NCBI GenBank assembly: GCA_005223125.1
Contig: NJBH01000001.1
Coordinates: forward strand, 160,001-224,000
Direction of reading: 5' to 3'
DNA from: Promethearchaeota archaeon Loki_b32
GTDB lineage: Archaea; Asgardarchaeota; Lokiarchaeia; Sigyniarchaeales; SOKP01
Length of the DNA stretch: 64,000 nt
Shown here: positions 9,529 through 19,763 of the stretch, piece by piece
Position numbering within the stretch: the first letter of the stretch is position 1
How the letters are laid out: each line of letters begins with the position of its first letter
The notes under the pieces: model-generated
What the model saw: only the letters and a program-made list of their open reading frames with translations
Told to the model about the DNA's origin: nothing
The model's database searches: none
Translations under genes and position numbers: made by a program

Positions 9529-10677
9529 TTGAGAGAATGGTCTGCGATTATCTTAGCAGGTGGTAAGGGTAAAAGATTAATGCCTTTGACTTCTTTAATT
9601 CCGAAACCACTTGTAAAGGTTACAAATGTTCCTATGGTTGATTACGCAATATCTCATTTAGTGTATGCTAACATAAAGCATATAATATTAGCATTAGCAT
9701 ACATGGGAAAGGAAATGAAAGATCATATCAAAAAGACATGGACTCCAGACAAATTGGGTGATGTACAGTTAGAATGTGAAGTTCAAGATAGCAGAGGGAC
9801 TGCTGATGCTTATAGGCTCTTAACTGACCATTTAGATTCTGAAAAGATAGTTGTATCAATGGCAGACATTGTAACAAACCTTCCAATGAAGCGTTTCATG
9901 GATTTCCACTCTGAAAAGGGGGGAATAGCAACAATTTCAATGAAAACTGTTGAAAGTCACATTTCTCAATATGGAGTTGTATTATTAGATAAAAATCGAA
10001 AAATTTATCTTTTCTTAGAAAAACCTGCTCCAATGGAATTATATTTAAGCAGTATAGCTCAAAGAGAAGATCTATTTTTACATACCAATATTATTAATAC
10101 AGGTATTTACTGTTTTCGAAAAGAGATTGGAAATATCCTTCATGATACGGGATTAATGGATTTTGGTAGTGAAGTTTTTCCGTATCTTCTTGAAAACACA
10201 TTTAATCTATACGGTTTTGTTGAAAATTATTATTGGATGGATGCAGGAAATTCTACTACTTATTTATGGGCAAATTGGGATTTATTACGGAAATATGTTT
10301 GGCCAATTTTACCTAATGGGGTTGATTATGACGGTATTTATGTAATGGGAATTTTAAACTCAGGGCAAAATATAAGAATCGATAAACCAACTTGTTTTGG
10401 AGAATTTGTTAAGTTGGAGAACAGAGTTAAAATCAAGGAGTTAACCTCAATAGGCCAAAATGTTACAATCGGAGAAGATACTTCAATTGAGAAGAGTGTT
10501 ATATGGGATGAGATTAAAATTGGTGCGGGCTGTATAATAACGGAGAGTATAATATGTAATAATTGTGAAATTGGAGATAATGTAGTTTTGGAAAAAGCGA
10601 TAATCGCTCCAAATTGTAAAATTAGCAGTAATTCACAAATTCGTGATCGAACATTAGAGCTTGGACAAGAGATATAA
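9529..10677 (+). CDS. NDP-sugar pyrophosphorylase (mannose-1-P guanylyltransferase-like) with LbH domain
   Basis: ILAGGKGKRLMPLT..PKPL, GTAD, FLEKP, YWMDAG, C-terminal hexapeptide repeats. Confidence 0.9.
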   Translation: MREWSAIILAGGKGKRLMPLTSLIPKPLVKVTNVPMVDYAISHLVYANIKHIILALAYMGKEMKDHIKKTWTPDKLGDVQLECEVQDSRGTADAYRLLTDHLDSEKIVVSMADIVTNLPMKRFMDFHSEKGGIATISMKTVESHISQYGVVLLDKNRKIYLFLEKPAPMELYLSSIAQREDLFLHTNIINTGIYCFRKEIGNILHDTGLMDFGSEVFPYLLENTFNLYGFVENYYWMDAGNSTTYLWANWDLLRKYVWPILPNGVDYDGIYVMGILNSGQNIRIDKPTCFGEFVKLENRVKIKELTSIGQNVTIGEDTSIEKSVIWDEIKIGAGCIITESIICNNCEIGDNVVLEKAIIAPNCKISSNSQIRDRTLELGQEI

Positions 10678-10789
10678 TGTGAATTTGTTAATGTTTATCA
10701 GTAATCTTCGATACACTCAATAAATATTATTGAAATATATTTAAAAAAATGTAAAATTTATATTGAGGATATTCATAAATTAAATTATT

Positions 10790-11236
10790 ATGAGTTCATT
10801 TTGTACAAATTGCGGTCGTGATCTAGAGGAGTCTTGGAAAATATGTCCAGACTGCGGGAAAATTTTGGGGGAAGGAACTGTCCCACAAACTCATCCAACG
10901 ACACAACCACAAATACGATTAACAACTCAGCCAACACCACAACCTCATCGCGTCCAGCCTTACCAATATAAGTATGCTAAAGTAGCAGGAGAAAATAAAC
11001 TTGGAACAGCTAGTTTAGTGTGTGGTATATTAGGTCTTATTTTTGGTTTTACTTTTACTTTTAGGATATTAGGTTTTCCGGTTCTAAGAGTAGCAGCAAT
11101 AATATTAGGGGGAGTAGGAATAAGTAAGGATGATAATAGATCTATGGCAATAGCAGGATTAGTTTTAGGTATTATAGGTCTTGTTATATTCTTCATTGGT
11201 GGTGTTCCAGGGTTGTTTAATTGGTATTATTGGTGA
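10790..11236 (+). CDS. Zn-ribbon + DUF4190-like membrane protein
   Basis: CTNCG..CPDCG, P/Q/T-rich linker, ASLVCGILG and MAIAGLVLGII TM helices. Confidence 0.75.
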   Translation: MSSFCTNCGRDLEESWKICPDCGKILGEGTVPQTHPTTQPQIRLTTQPTPQPHRVQPYQYKYAKVAGENKLGTASLVCGILGLIFGFTFTFRILGFPVLRVAAIILGGVGISKDDNRSMAIAGLVLGIIGLVIFFIGGVPGLFNWYYW

Positions 11237-11241
11237 TTGGG

Positions 11242-11327
11242 TAATATTAAGTGAGAGTTGTAAGAATTGATCTAAAAATGAAGATCACAGATAAGTAATT
11301 GCTCAATTTCTCTCTCATCTAATATTG
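11242..11327. repeat. imperfect inverted repeat between convergent genes, possible bidirectional terminator
   Basis: AATATTAAGTGAGAG..AAGAATTGA pairs with TCAATTTCT.CTCTCATCTAATATT; inner GATCT/AGATC. Confidence 0.4.
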
Positions 11328-11378
11328 AATTAATGATTTAATAATTTTAATAAATATTAGAAAGAAAATGAAAAAAAA

Positions 11379-12254
11379 TTATTTTATGTAAAAATGTAAG
11401 AATTCAGGCTTTGATTTATTTAAAATTCCTTTTTTTGGCACTTTTCTTTTAGTGGAAGCCTTTTCTATATTAGTAACGGTTAATTTAATTTTTAAATCTT
11501 CAGCTAAATTGCCGAGTTTATTAGCTGTTGCCGAAATTTCTTCCATAGAGGCCGTTTGTTGTTCTGCTGATGCGTTTATTCCTTCCATAGAACTGAATGA
11601 ATTATTAATTTTATTAACTACATCGGTAATGTCTTTATTTGTTTCAAAAACAGCCATTTTTGATTCTTCTGCTAATTTTCGGACTTCATCTGCAACAACC
11701 GCAAAACCTCTACCTTGTTCACCTGCCCTACCTGCTTCAATACTGGCATTTAAAGCTAATAAATTTGTTTGATCCGCAATATTGGTAATAAGTCCTATAA
11801 CATTTCGTATATTATTAGTAGCGTTTATAGCCTCTTGCGTCTCCGCCGTTATGATTTGAGTAGATGTTGCGATTTCTTCTGAAGCAGCATTCACTTCACT
11901 GGCACTTGCAGCCAATTCAGTAGCCATATTTGAAACATGTATAGATGCTTCCGAACTATCTTTTAATATAGTAGATATCTTCAATTCTTGTCTCTGGAAT
12001 AACCTGAGTAAATAGTAAATAGCGAAAACAACATAAGAAAACGAAGATAAAATCATTATCATTCTAGGGATTGAATCATCAAATATTCTATAGGCAAACG
12101 CAGTACAGGCAATTGTAATTGTTGTGGATAACAAAATATGCACTAAAATTTTAAAGCCTATCGAATTTTTTGTTAATTTGAATTTCCTTTGAAAAAATAT
12201 AAATGCACTCCCAATGACAATTATTATTACTACGAAAATTGTTCCAGTAGACAT
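11379..12254 (-). CDS. methyl-accepting chemotaxis-type protein with short signalling hairpin
   Basis: [40 protein letters not shown]; three N-terminal TM segments; start may be ATT at 12275. Confidence 0.9.
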   Translation of the reverse strand: MSTGTIFVVIIIVIGSAFIFFQRKFKLTKNSIGFKILVHILLSTTITIACTAFAYRIFDDSIPRMIMILSSFSYVVFAIYYLLRLFQRQELKISTILKDSSEASIHVSNMATELAASASEVNAASEEIATSTQIITAETQEAINATNNIRNVIGLITNIADQTNLLALNASIEAGRAGEQGRGFAVVADEVRKLAEESKMAVFETNKDITDVVNKINNSFSSMEGINASAEQQTASMEEISATANKLGNLAEDLKIKLTVTNIEKASTKRKVPKKGILNKSKPEFLHFYIK

Positions 12255-12454
12255 TGAACCTGCTTGAAAAATAATATTTTCCCCCCTAAGATATTCTTTT
12301 GTGTTTTTTTATGAATAATAACACAAATCTTATTTAAATTTACAGTTTACGATCATTGTTACACTGATTGAAGAGATAATTAAAAAATAAAAATATACAA
12401 GAAGTTGTAATATATACAATTCTATAATGGTATAACTATTAATTGAAATAACAT

Positions 12455-12512
12455 TTACTTTTTGGCAAAAGGTTCAAGATCTAAAGCTTCAAATAATCCA
12501 TCATTAGCTTCA
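12455..12512 (-). repeat. 58-bp duplicate of the GH57 gene 3' end (direct repeat of 14026-14083)
   Basis: 55/58 identical; both copies encode EANDGLFEALDLEPFAKK*. Confidence 0.95.
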
Positions 12513-12525
12513 CTGATAAGTAGTA

Positions 12526-13929
12526 TCAAAGCCTATGATAAAGATATCTATCATAAGTTACATATTCCACCTTTCCCGTCTTAGAATCTCTATGAAACTT
12601 AACTTTCTGAAGAGATGAAGGAATTGTAGAAAATAATTGGAATGTTAATTCATCAAAATCTTCAATAATAAGAGGAAAATTAAAAACTCCATCATCAGTT
12701 TCGACCTTAAGATGAATGGACCAGTTTTTAAAACTTATATCTAATTTATACAAACCTAGGGATGATTTATAGCTTCCGGCGATTTTTTCATAAACTTCTA
12801 AAAGTTTTATTCTCTCGTTAATTTTTTCAGGATCTTTACCAACCATTATTGTTAAAGCACAAATTCCAATTATTCCACAAATACCGCTATCATCATTTTC
12901 TGCAACACTCACCGCAATATTTAACTCAGGAATTAAACCAAAAAATGATGTACTCACCCCCAACCCTCCACCATGATGAATAAGTGTATGATTAAGAAAA
13001 TCTTCTTCCCGAATCCAACCAAGACAGTATTTCGGATCTTTACCATAGCCATATGGAGATTTAATTCTAGGAGTCCAGAGTAATTCTATAGAGTCTGATT
13101 TTATTATTTGATTGTTCTTGAAAACACCTTTTTGTAATAAACATGTAGCATAATTTACCATTTCATGCATAGAGGTATATATACCTCCTGGAGCCTGAAG
13201 ATATTTGGAAAAGGGTAACTTTGGTTTATCAAATTCCAATTTCTCTTCTGAACCTTTATGAATATAGCCAGTAATATAATCTTGTAATGGATCCTTTTCA
13301 AGTTGCTCTCGATTGACAGTAGCACGGGTCATTTCTAAAGGTTTTAATATATCTTCACTTAAAACTTCCTCAAAAGATTTTCCTGTTATCTTTTCTATAA
13401 TCATTCCTAGAAGTGTGAACATATCATTATTATAAAAAAATTTCTCGCCAGGCTTAAAGAAGATTTCATTTTTAGTTTCTGAGATATGAAACATGTAATC
13501 ATCAAGGGAAGATATCGGATATATACGTTGATAGTTGCCATAAGTAATCGCAATTGGGAGCCACTGTGCATCAACTGAAGGTATCCCGCTGCTATGTGAT
13601 AAGAGATGGATGATGTGAATATCAGGATTGCTTAAAAAGGGCTCAGAGTCTAAATACTTATTAACAGGATCGTCTAATTTCAATAAGCCTTTCTCACATA
13701 ACTTTAGTATTAAAAGGGCAGTAAAGGATTTCGAAATACTACCGATCCCAATTAATGAATTAGGTGTCATTGGAAGATTCTCCTCGAGGTTACGGGCACC
13801 AAATCCCTTCTCATAAACGATTTTTCCATTATGTAAAATACTAATTGCTAATCCTGGGACCTTTAATTTCCGCATTAATTTTGCAATTATTTTATGGAGT
13901 TGTTCGAATTGATCATTCATTCTAATCAA
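12526..13929 (-). CDS. serine hydrolase, beta-lactamase class C/AmpC-like family
   Basis: SISK (SxxK), LLSHSSG, FFYNN (YxN), HHGG. Confidence 0.9.
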   Translation of the reverse strand: MIRMNDQFEQLHKIIAKLMRKLKVPGLAISILHNGKIVYEKGFGARNLEENLPMTPNSLIGIGSISKSFTALLILKLCEKGLLKLDDPVNKYLDSEPFLSNPDIHIIHLLSHSSGIPSVDAQWLPIAITYGNYQRIYPISSLDDYMFHISETKNEIFFKPGEKFFYNNDMFTLLGMIIEKITGKSFEEVLSEDILKPLEMTRATVNREQLEKDPLQDYITGYIHKGSEEKLEFDKPKLPFSKYLQAPGGIYTSMHEMVNYATCLLQKGVFKNNQIIKSDSIELLWTPRIKSPYGYGKDPKYCLGWIREEDFLNHTLIHHGGGLGVSTSFFGLIPELNIAVSVAENDDSGICGIIGICALTIMVGKDPEKINERIKLLEVYEKIAGSYKSSLGLYKLDISFKNWSIHLKVETDDGVFNFPLIIEDFDELTFQLFSTIPSSLQKVKFHRDSKTGKVEYVTYDRYLYHRL

Positions 13930-14025
13930 TAATTTTGATATTTTTGCTTATTTAAACTCTCAAACATTATTAACTTTATTATTTGAAAAATTAAAATAGT
14001 TTTTAGAAAGAAAATAAAAAAAGAA

Positions 14026-15738
14026 TTATTTCTTGGCAAAAGGCTCAAGATCTAAAGCTTCAAATAATCCATCATTAGCTTCAATAGTACCCAAAAAGTG
14101 CCATTCACCCTCATCGACATTCTGTCCCGAACCGTACTTTGAAGCCATATTATACAGCCTGTTGAAGTTTTCATAGTGCAATGCAATTCTATTCTCAGCG
14201 TAATCCCTTGCTGACCAAGTTGTAATTAGAAATTGCCAATCACTACTCTCCAATAATAAAAGTTCTCGTGCCATTTGTTTGAGAATTTTGATTAAATTAG
14301 GATCATGAGATTCCTTATATTTTGCAATGATTTCTTCGCTTTTAGCCTCGCATTCATATATTCTCTCCCACGTCCAGGTTGTCCACTCGTTCAACCACAC
14401 CCAGTGAGAGGATGCTTGCCCCCACGACCCCTCAATCACCGAGACTATCTTATTTGGGGGATTTGCTTCAAGATATAACCTTGTGTTAGTCAGTTCGATC
14501 TCAGGATCATCTTCCATCCACCGGAGTACCCTAGCTATCCACCAATTTCCCTCGAACCACCAATGTCCAAATAATTCTGCGTCGTAAGGAGCTACAACAA
14601 TTCCATTTCGCCCATTTTTATCTTTATAATCTCTTAGGATATCTTTTACTAGGTTTACATAATGACCCGCATTTTCATCCAATTTTCCTGGTATATCTTC
14701 AGGCCAGTATAGCATTTTTTTCCCAAGATCGAGCTTTGGGCTTGTAACGCGCCAGTATCGTAAGCCACCAGGGTAATGTTTCTTGTGGAAATCTAAATAC
14801 TCTGCGCAACCAGGGTATCCATGTTCTCCACTCCATACCACAATTCCTGTTTTTTCATCTCTTGTAAAAAATCCAACAGGTCCAGGAGTGCTGGGATCAG
14901 TTGATACTAAATATGGTTCATATTGAGATTTTTCAAAAGAAGTAGGGATTTCTTCATATTGAGATTCAAATTGCTTCCAGAGTTCAGCAAGCAAAGGAAA
15001 TCGAGCTGCATAAACTCCTTGAGATTTTCCTCCCAACAATAAAGCAGTATCAATAAAAAAATACTTCAAACCATTTTTAGCAAGAAAGTATTCCACACCG
15101 GGTCTTTCAAATTCTTCCTCCGTTATAGGGTTTTTCCATCGATATCCAGGACGATATCCACATTCAGGTAACCAGGCGCCCGTAGGAGCTCTTCCAAAAT
15201 GTCTTTTATAATTATCAACTGCAGTTTTATATTGGGCATCGATTGATGTATCTTTAGAAAGTAATGGAGCATATCCATGAGTTGCCCCACATGTGATAAT
15301 ATCAATAAGTCCCCTATCTTGAAGGTTTTTAAATGCCCCTACGATGTCTTTATTGTATCTATGAACAAAATTATCTCTAACTCGGTCATAGAACTCCTGC
15401 CACCATTTAGTTAATTTGATTCGCCCGTCCTTATATTTATTTTCTGTAAAATCTTCAAAATCATATAAAGCAGCATTATATTTTTCTTCTAGATAACCTA
15501 AAAAGTTATCTATAAATCTAGGGTGACGAAGCATCTCACATAAAACAGGTGTAAGACCAATGGTAAGTTTTGGATGATATCCATCGTCTATTAGTTTATA
15601 TAATTCTATTAAAAGGGGAATATATGTCTCAGCAGCAGCTTCATTAACCCAATCCATACCATGGGGCCAAATTCCATGGCCTATTACCCATGGGAGGTGA
15701 CTGTGCAAAACTAAACAATAATTACCGATTTCACTCAT
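14026..15738 (-). CDS. GH57 1,4-alpha-glucan branching enzyme (DUF1957)
   Basis: LHSHLP, ETYIPL, ATHGY, WLPECGY, PYDAELFGHWWFEG, ESSDWQF. Confidence 0.92.
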   Translation of the reverse strand: MSEIGNYCLVLHSHLPWVIGHGIWPHGMDWVNEAAAETYIPLLIELYKLIDDGYHPKLTIGLTPVLCEMLRHPRFIDNFLGYLEEKYNAALYDFEDFTENKYKDGRIKLTKWWQEFYDRVRDNFVHRYNKDIVGAFKNLQDRGLIDIITCGATHGYAPLLSKDTSIDAQYKTAVDNYKRHFGRAPTGAWLPECGYRPGYRWKNPITEEEFERPGVEYFLAKNGLKYFFIDTALLLGGKSQGVYAARFPLLAELWKQFESQYEEIPTSFEKSQYEPYLVSTDPSTPGPVGFFTRDEKTGIVVWSGEHGYPGCAEYLDFHKKHYPGGLRYWRVTSPKLDLGKKMLYWPEDIPGKLDENAGHYVNLVKDILRDYKDKNGRNGIVVAPYDAELFGHWWFEGNWWIARVLRWMEDDPEIELTNTRLYLEANPPNKIVSVIEGSWGQASSHWVWLNEWTTWTWERIYECEAKSEEIIAKYKESHDPNLIKILKQMARELLLLESSDWQFLITTWSARDYAENRIALHYENFNRLYNMASKYGSGQNVDEGEWHFLGTIEANDGLFEALDLEPFAKK

Positions 15739-15919
15739 TTTTTAAATTTACTCTTTTGTTTAAATAAAGGAAATCTGTTAATTTATAATAAATTTTCATA
15801 TCTTAAATAGTGAGAAGATTAAAAAAATAATTTAAAAAAGATAAAGTTATATAGTTTTATTTAGCTTTTTATCATATATAATTTCCAATTGAAACGAGAT
15901 TTTGAAAAAGTAGTTTTTA

Positions 15920-17308
15920 ATGATTCATAATCCAATTAAAAATCTTAATGAGTTAAAAAAGAACGGTCGAATAATAGGGAAAGCAAATTATGTTTTCACT
16001 CCAGAGATTTCAAGCTCAATTGGTTCAATTCATGGTAGTTTATTCAAACAACGAGAATCAGTAGTAATGGGAAGGGATTATCATAACGATAGTCGTATGT
16101 TAAAAAGGGCTTACACATCAGGTTTGATGTCTACTGGAATAAATCTATTAAATCTTTCAGATTGCACTTTTCCATTATTACAATTTACAATTAGGCGCTT
16201 TGGGGCAAGTGGAGGTGTTTATTTCTCAGGCGGACATTTGTTTAGTGAAGATGTAGGAATTCGTTTCTTAGATGCTGGAGGAATTGAATTACCACAATCA
16301 GAAATTCAGAAAATAATTGAATCCTACAATAATTACCCTCAAAAAGTAAGGAGAGTTGATCCAAATGATATTGGGCAAATAACAGCAATACCTCAAACTA
16401 CAGACGTTTATATCAAATCTATTCAGCAGTTTGTTGGAAAAAAAAAAATAAAAAAGGCCAATTTAAAGATTGTAGTTGATTGTTCTTATGGACCTACTGG
16501 TAAAATAACACCGCTTTTAATCAATGATATTGGTGTTGAAGTAATTGCATTGAACACACATTATCGTGAAAGATCTTCCAGTCCAGTGCCTAGCATTAAT
16601 ACAATTAGAAATACGGCAGATATTGTAAAAGCTTCTAATAGCCATCTTGGAGTATGTTTTGATGTAGATGGCTCAAGAATATTAGTAATAGATGAAAATG
16701 GGTTAGAAATCAACTATGAAGATTTACTAATGCTTTTTGTAACCTTTGACAAAAGAATTCAAAAATCTAAAAGCAACACTATTATAACAACACCATCAAT
16801 CTCTCCTGTGGTGAAAAATTTTATAGAAGATGGTGGATTTCCTATAAAACAAGTAGAGAACCACCCTGGAGAGATCTCTAGGCAGATAAGAGAAGAACGT
16901 GCATGCTTTGCCGCAGCAGATACATTGAAATTTTATTTTCCAGAGTATGCTCCTTTTAGTGATGGAAATTTCATTCTACTGAAAATCTTAGAGATAATGA
17001 CCCTTCAAAATGATCTACTTGGTTCATTAACACGAGGATTTCCTAAAGGAACAAAAATTAATAAAACAATTCCAGTTTCGTCTGAATTAATTGAAAATGC
17101 TCATAATCGATTAATAGAACTAGCTGATGAAAAAGGGTATAAATATCATGATATAATAAATGAATTGAAGATAATTCAAGACGATATATTTACAGATATG
17201 AAAGTAGCATTATACAGAAATGCAATACTTTTATCCGCGGAATCTGATGAAAAAGAAAAAGCTCAGGAAATGATTCTTGAATTAGAAAAGATAATAAAAG
17301 AACTTTAA
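15920..17308 (+). CDS. phosphomannomutase/phosphoglucomutase-like protein with degenerate active site
   Basis: GRD, IVVDCSYG, FDVDGSR; phospho-Ser motif (TASHN) replaced by SGGHL. Confidence 0.8.
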   Translation: MIHNPIKNLNELKKNGRIIGKANYVFTPEISSSIGSIHGSLFKQRESVVMGRDYHNDSRMLKRAYTSGLMSTGINLLNLSDCTFPLLQFTIRRFGASGGVYFSGGHLFSEDVGIRFLDAGGIELPQSEIQKIIESYNNYPQKVRRVDPNDIGQITAIPQTTDVYIKSIQQFVGKKKIKKANLKIVVDCSYGPTGKITPLLINDIGVEVIALNTHYRERSSSPVPSINTIRNTADIVKASNSHLGVCFDVDGSRILVIDENGLEINYEDLLMLFVTFDKRIQKSKSNTIITTPSISPVVKNFIEDGGFPIKQVENHPGEISRQIREERACFAAADTLKFYFPEYAPFSDGNFILLKILEIMTLQNDLLGSLTRGFPKGTKINKTIPVSSELIENAHNRLIELADEKGYKYHDIINELKIIQDDIFTDMKVALYRNAILLSAESDEKEKAQEMILELEKIIKEL

Positions 17309-17462
17309 AATAATGATGAACCATAATTTCATAAATCTTAATTTAATTTTTGAGAAATTTATTATTTTTTATATGATAATCAATTAAAAATTTAAAAAAA
17401 AAGGACTAATTATATAATAATATAATTTTATCTTTAGAACCAAAAAAAAAGTTGATTTAATC

Positions 17463-18107
17463 ATGCAGTTTGATCCTACTTCAATAATAATACTAATAAC
17501 TTTATGTATAATTTTTGTGGTTTTTTTAATATTTGACTTATTCGAACGAAATGAGAAGGCCGGATATCTTGCTTATATAGTAGCTCTGGTACCAGTTAAT
17601 TATTTTTGGGGTATTGAAGGTGACCCACTTCTAGTATATATCATTCTCTTCAGCTTATGGATTCTTACATTATTACGGGATACGATAGGAGTATATCTTG
17701 ATAAAAATAAAGATATAAATGAAATACTTTTGTATCTTTTTCTAGCAATCATTATCCAATTGATCATTACCGCAATCATGCCAGAAGTTAATGAAGATTT
17801 ACAACTTACCACAGAAAAAATATTGTATTTCTGGGTACCAAATGTACATTCAGCGATTTTTGTTGATTTCGCTTTAGCTTTCAAAATTGTTGCTACGGTA
17901 TTTATATTATTAATAGTCGTTCCGTTAATCATTGATGTTAAAGATGAGGAAGCACCATTACCTATTGTAATAATATTTGTTGCTATTTTTATCATTCCCT
18001 TTCTGTATTTGAGCTATATCTGGGTTCCTGAAATAATGGGAGTACTAACATTTTTGTTTTCAGTGATTCTATTCATAATCTTATTAATGATAACAAAAAA
18101 AGAATGA
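17463..18107 (+). CDS. polytopic membrane protein of unknown function
   Basis: 214 aa with about 7 hydrophobic segments. Confidence 0.7.
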   Translation: MQFDPTSIIILITLCIIFVVFLIFDLFERNEKAGYLAYIVALVPVNYFWGIEGDPLLVYIILFSLWILTLLRDTIGVYLDKNKDINEILLYLFLAIIIQLIITAIMPEVNEDLQLTTEKILYFWVPNVHSAIFVDFALAFKIVATVFILLIVVPLIIDVKDEEAPLPIVIIFVAIFIIPFLYLSYIWVPEIMGVLTFLFSVILFIILLMITKKE

Positions 18108-18230
18108 AACTAAATAAAACAAATTTTAATTTTATTTTCTTATATTTACTTTTTCTTATTATTTTTATATGTATTTCAATATGAAATTTATAAGGAATTC
18201 ATATAAAAAGTTAACATTTAATATTATATA

Positions 18231-19229
18231 ATGGCAAAAAAAAAAGGACAGTCTGATGACACTAACGAGAAAGAAATTTCTAAATCCGAATCTTCTTATA
18301 CCCTAAAAGATTTACCAGGAGTCGGTGAAGCGACCGTAAAAAAATTGAAAGACACGGGAATTTTATCTATAAGAACTCTTGCTATGTATCCAATGAGTAA
18401 GTTAATGGATGAAGCAGGTATAGGTGAAAAAACCGCTGAAAAAATAATTAAGGTTGCCCAAGATATCGAAAAAATGGGATTCAAGTCTGCAGATAAAATT
18501 TGGGAAAAAAGAAAGATGTTAAACAAATTGTCCACAGGCAGTCAGAATTTGGACGATTTATTGTTAGGGGGAATTGAACCAGGAGCCGTTACAGAAATCT
18601 TTGGTGAATATCGAACCGGAAAAACACAAATAGCCCATCAACTATGTGTTAATGTACAATTATCTTATGAAGAAGGCGGACTTGAAGGGACTGCTTTATA
18701 CATAGATACTGAAGGAACTTTTAGACCGGAGAGAATAATACAAATGGCAGTAGCAAAAGATTTGGATCATAATAATGTTTTAAAAAAAATAACTATTGGA
18801 AGAGCTTATAACAGCGACCATCAAATTTTATTAGTTAAAGAATCTCCAAAAATTATATCAGAAAAAAATATAAAATTAATTGTAGTAGATTCACTCATAG
18901 GACACTTTCGTAGCGAATATATAGGACGTGGTACGTTAGCAATTCGTCAGCAAACCATAAATACTCATTTACATGATTTATTAAGATTAACTGAAATTTA
19001 TGATGAGTTAGCGGTTATATTTACAAATCAAGTCTCTGCAAGACCTGACGTGTTTTATGGTAATCCGTTAACGCATACAGGCGGGCATATTGTTGCTCAT
19101 GGTGCCACAATACGCATATTCCTAAGAAAAGGGAAGGGAGATCAACGAGTTGCTAAAGTTGTAGATGCTCCACATATACCAGAAAGTGATACTATTTTTT
19201 CGATTACGGAGGATGGCATTACTGATTAA
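18231..19229 (+). CDS. radA: DNA repair and recombination protein RadA
   Basis: N-terminal HhH LPGVG, GEYRTGKTQIAHQLCV, YIDTEGTFRPER, VVDS, GGHIVAH. Confidence 0.95.
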   Translation: MAKKKGQSDDTNEKEISKSESSYTLKDLPGVGEATVKKLKDTGILSIRTLAMYPMSKLMDEAGIGEKTAEKIIKVAQDIEKMGFKSADKIWEKRKMLNKLSTGSQNLDDLLLGGIEPGAVTEIFGEYRTGKTQIAHQLCVNVQLSYEEGGLEGTALYIDTEGTFRPERIIQMAVAKDLDHNNVLKKITIGRAYNSDHQILLVKESPKIISEKNIKLIVVDSLIGHFRSEYIGRGTLAIRQQTINTHLHDLLRLTEIYDELAVIFTNQVSARPDVFYGNPLTHTGGHIVAHGATIRIFLRKGKGDQRVAKVVDAPHIPESDTIFSITEDGITD

Positions 19230-19256
19230 ATAGTACAAAGGTCTTGTTAGAAAATC

Positions 19257-19736
19257 TTAAAGATTAAGATTAACGTTAACCTCGATCCCTGCCCTAACAC
19301 TTTGTGTAACTATACAGTATTGTTCGAAAAAGCTATAACCCTCTTTTACTTGTTTTAGACATAATTTTGCTCTTTTAAGGGTTTCCGGATCTCCTATTTT
19401 CGGTTCAATATCAACATCTATTTTCTTAATTCTCCAGAATCCTTTCTCATTTCTGGTAATAATAACCTCTGCTTCAGCTTTAAAGTCATCGACCTTAAAA
19501 TCTCTTTTTTTTAAACAAAATATAAAGCTTGCGCTCAAACAACCTGTGACACTCAGGGCAAGCATCCTTGAGGGGTTTGGTCCTAACATATCAACTTCTT
19601 TCTGATGTTCTTCATCGATATAGCAATCCTTAACCTTCATGTCACCTAAATCACATTTAAAAATCATTTGCGATTCAGATTCATCTAAATTTAAACTAAC
19701 CTTTGTTTTCATTTCATTCGAAATTTTAATCACCAA
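19257..19736 (-). CDS. OsmC/Ohr family protein
   Basis: GPNPSRMLALSVTGCLSAS and FEQYCIVTQSV (two catalytic Cys). Confidence 0.85.
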   Translation of the reverse strand: MVIKISNEMKTKVSLNLDESESQMIFKCDLGDMKVKDCYIDEEHQKEVDMLGPNPSRMLALSVTGCLSASFIFCLKKRDFKVDDFKAEAEVIITRNEKGFWRIKKIDVDIEPKIGDPETLKRAKLCLKQVKEGYSFFEQYCIVTQSVRAGIEVNVNLNL

Positions 19737-19763
19737 ATCAAATTAATTTTTGGAAAATCTCGT

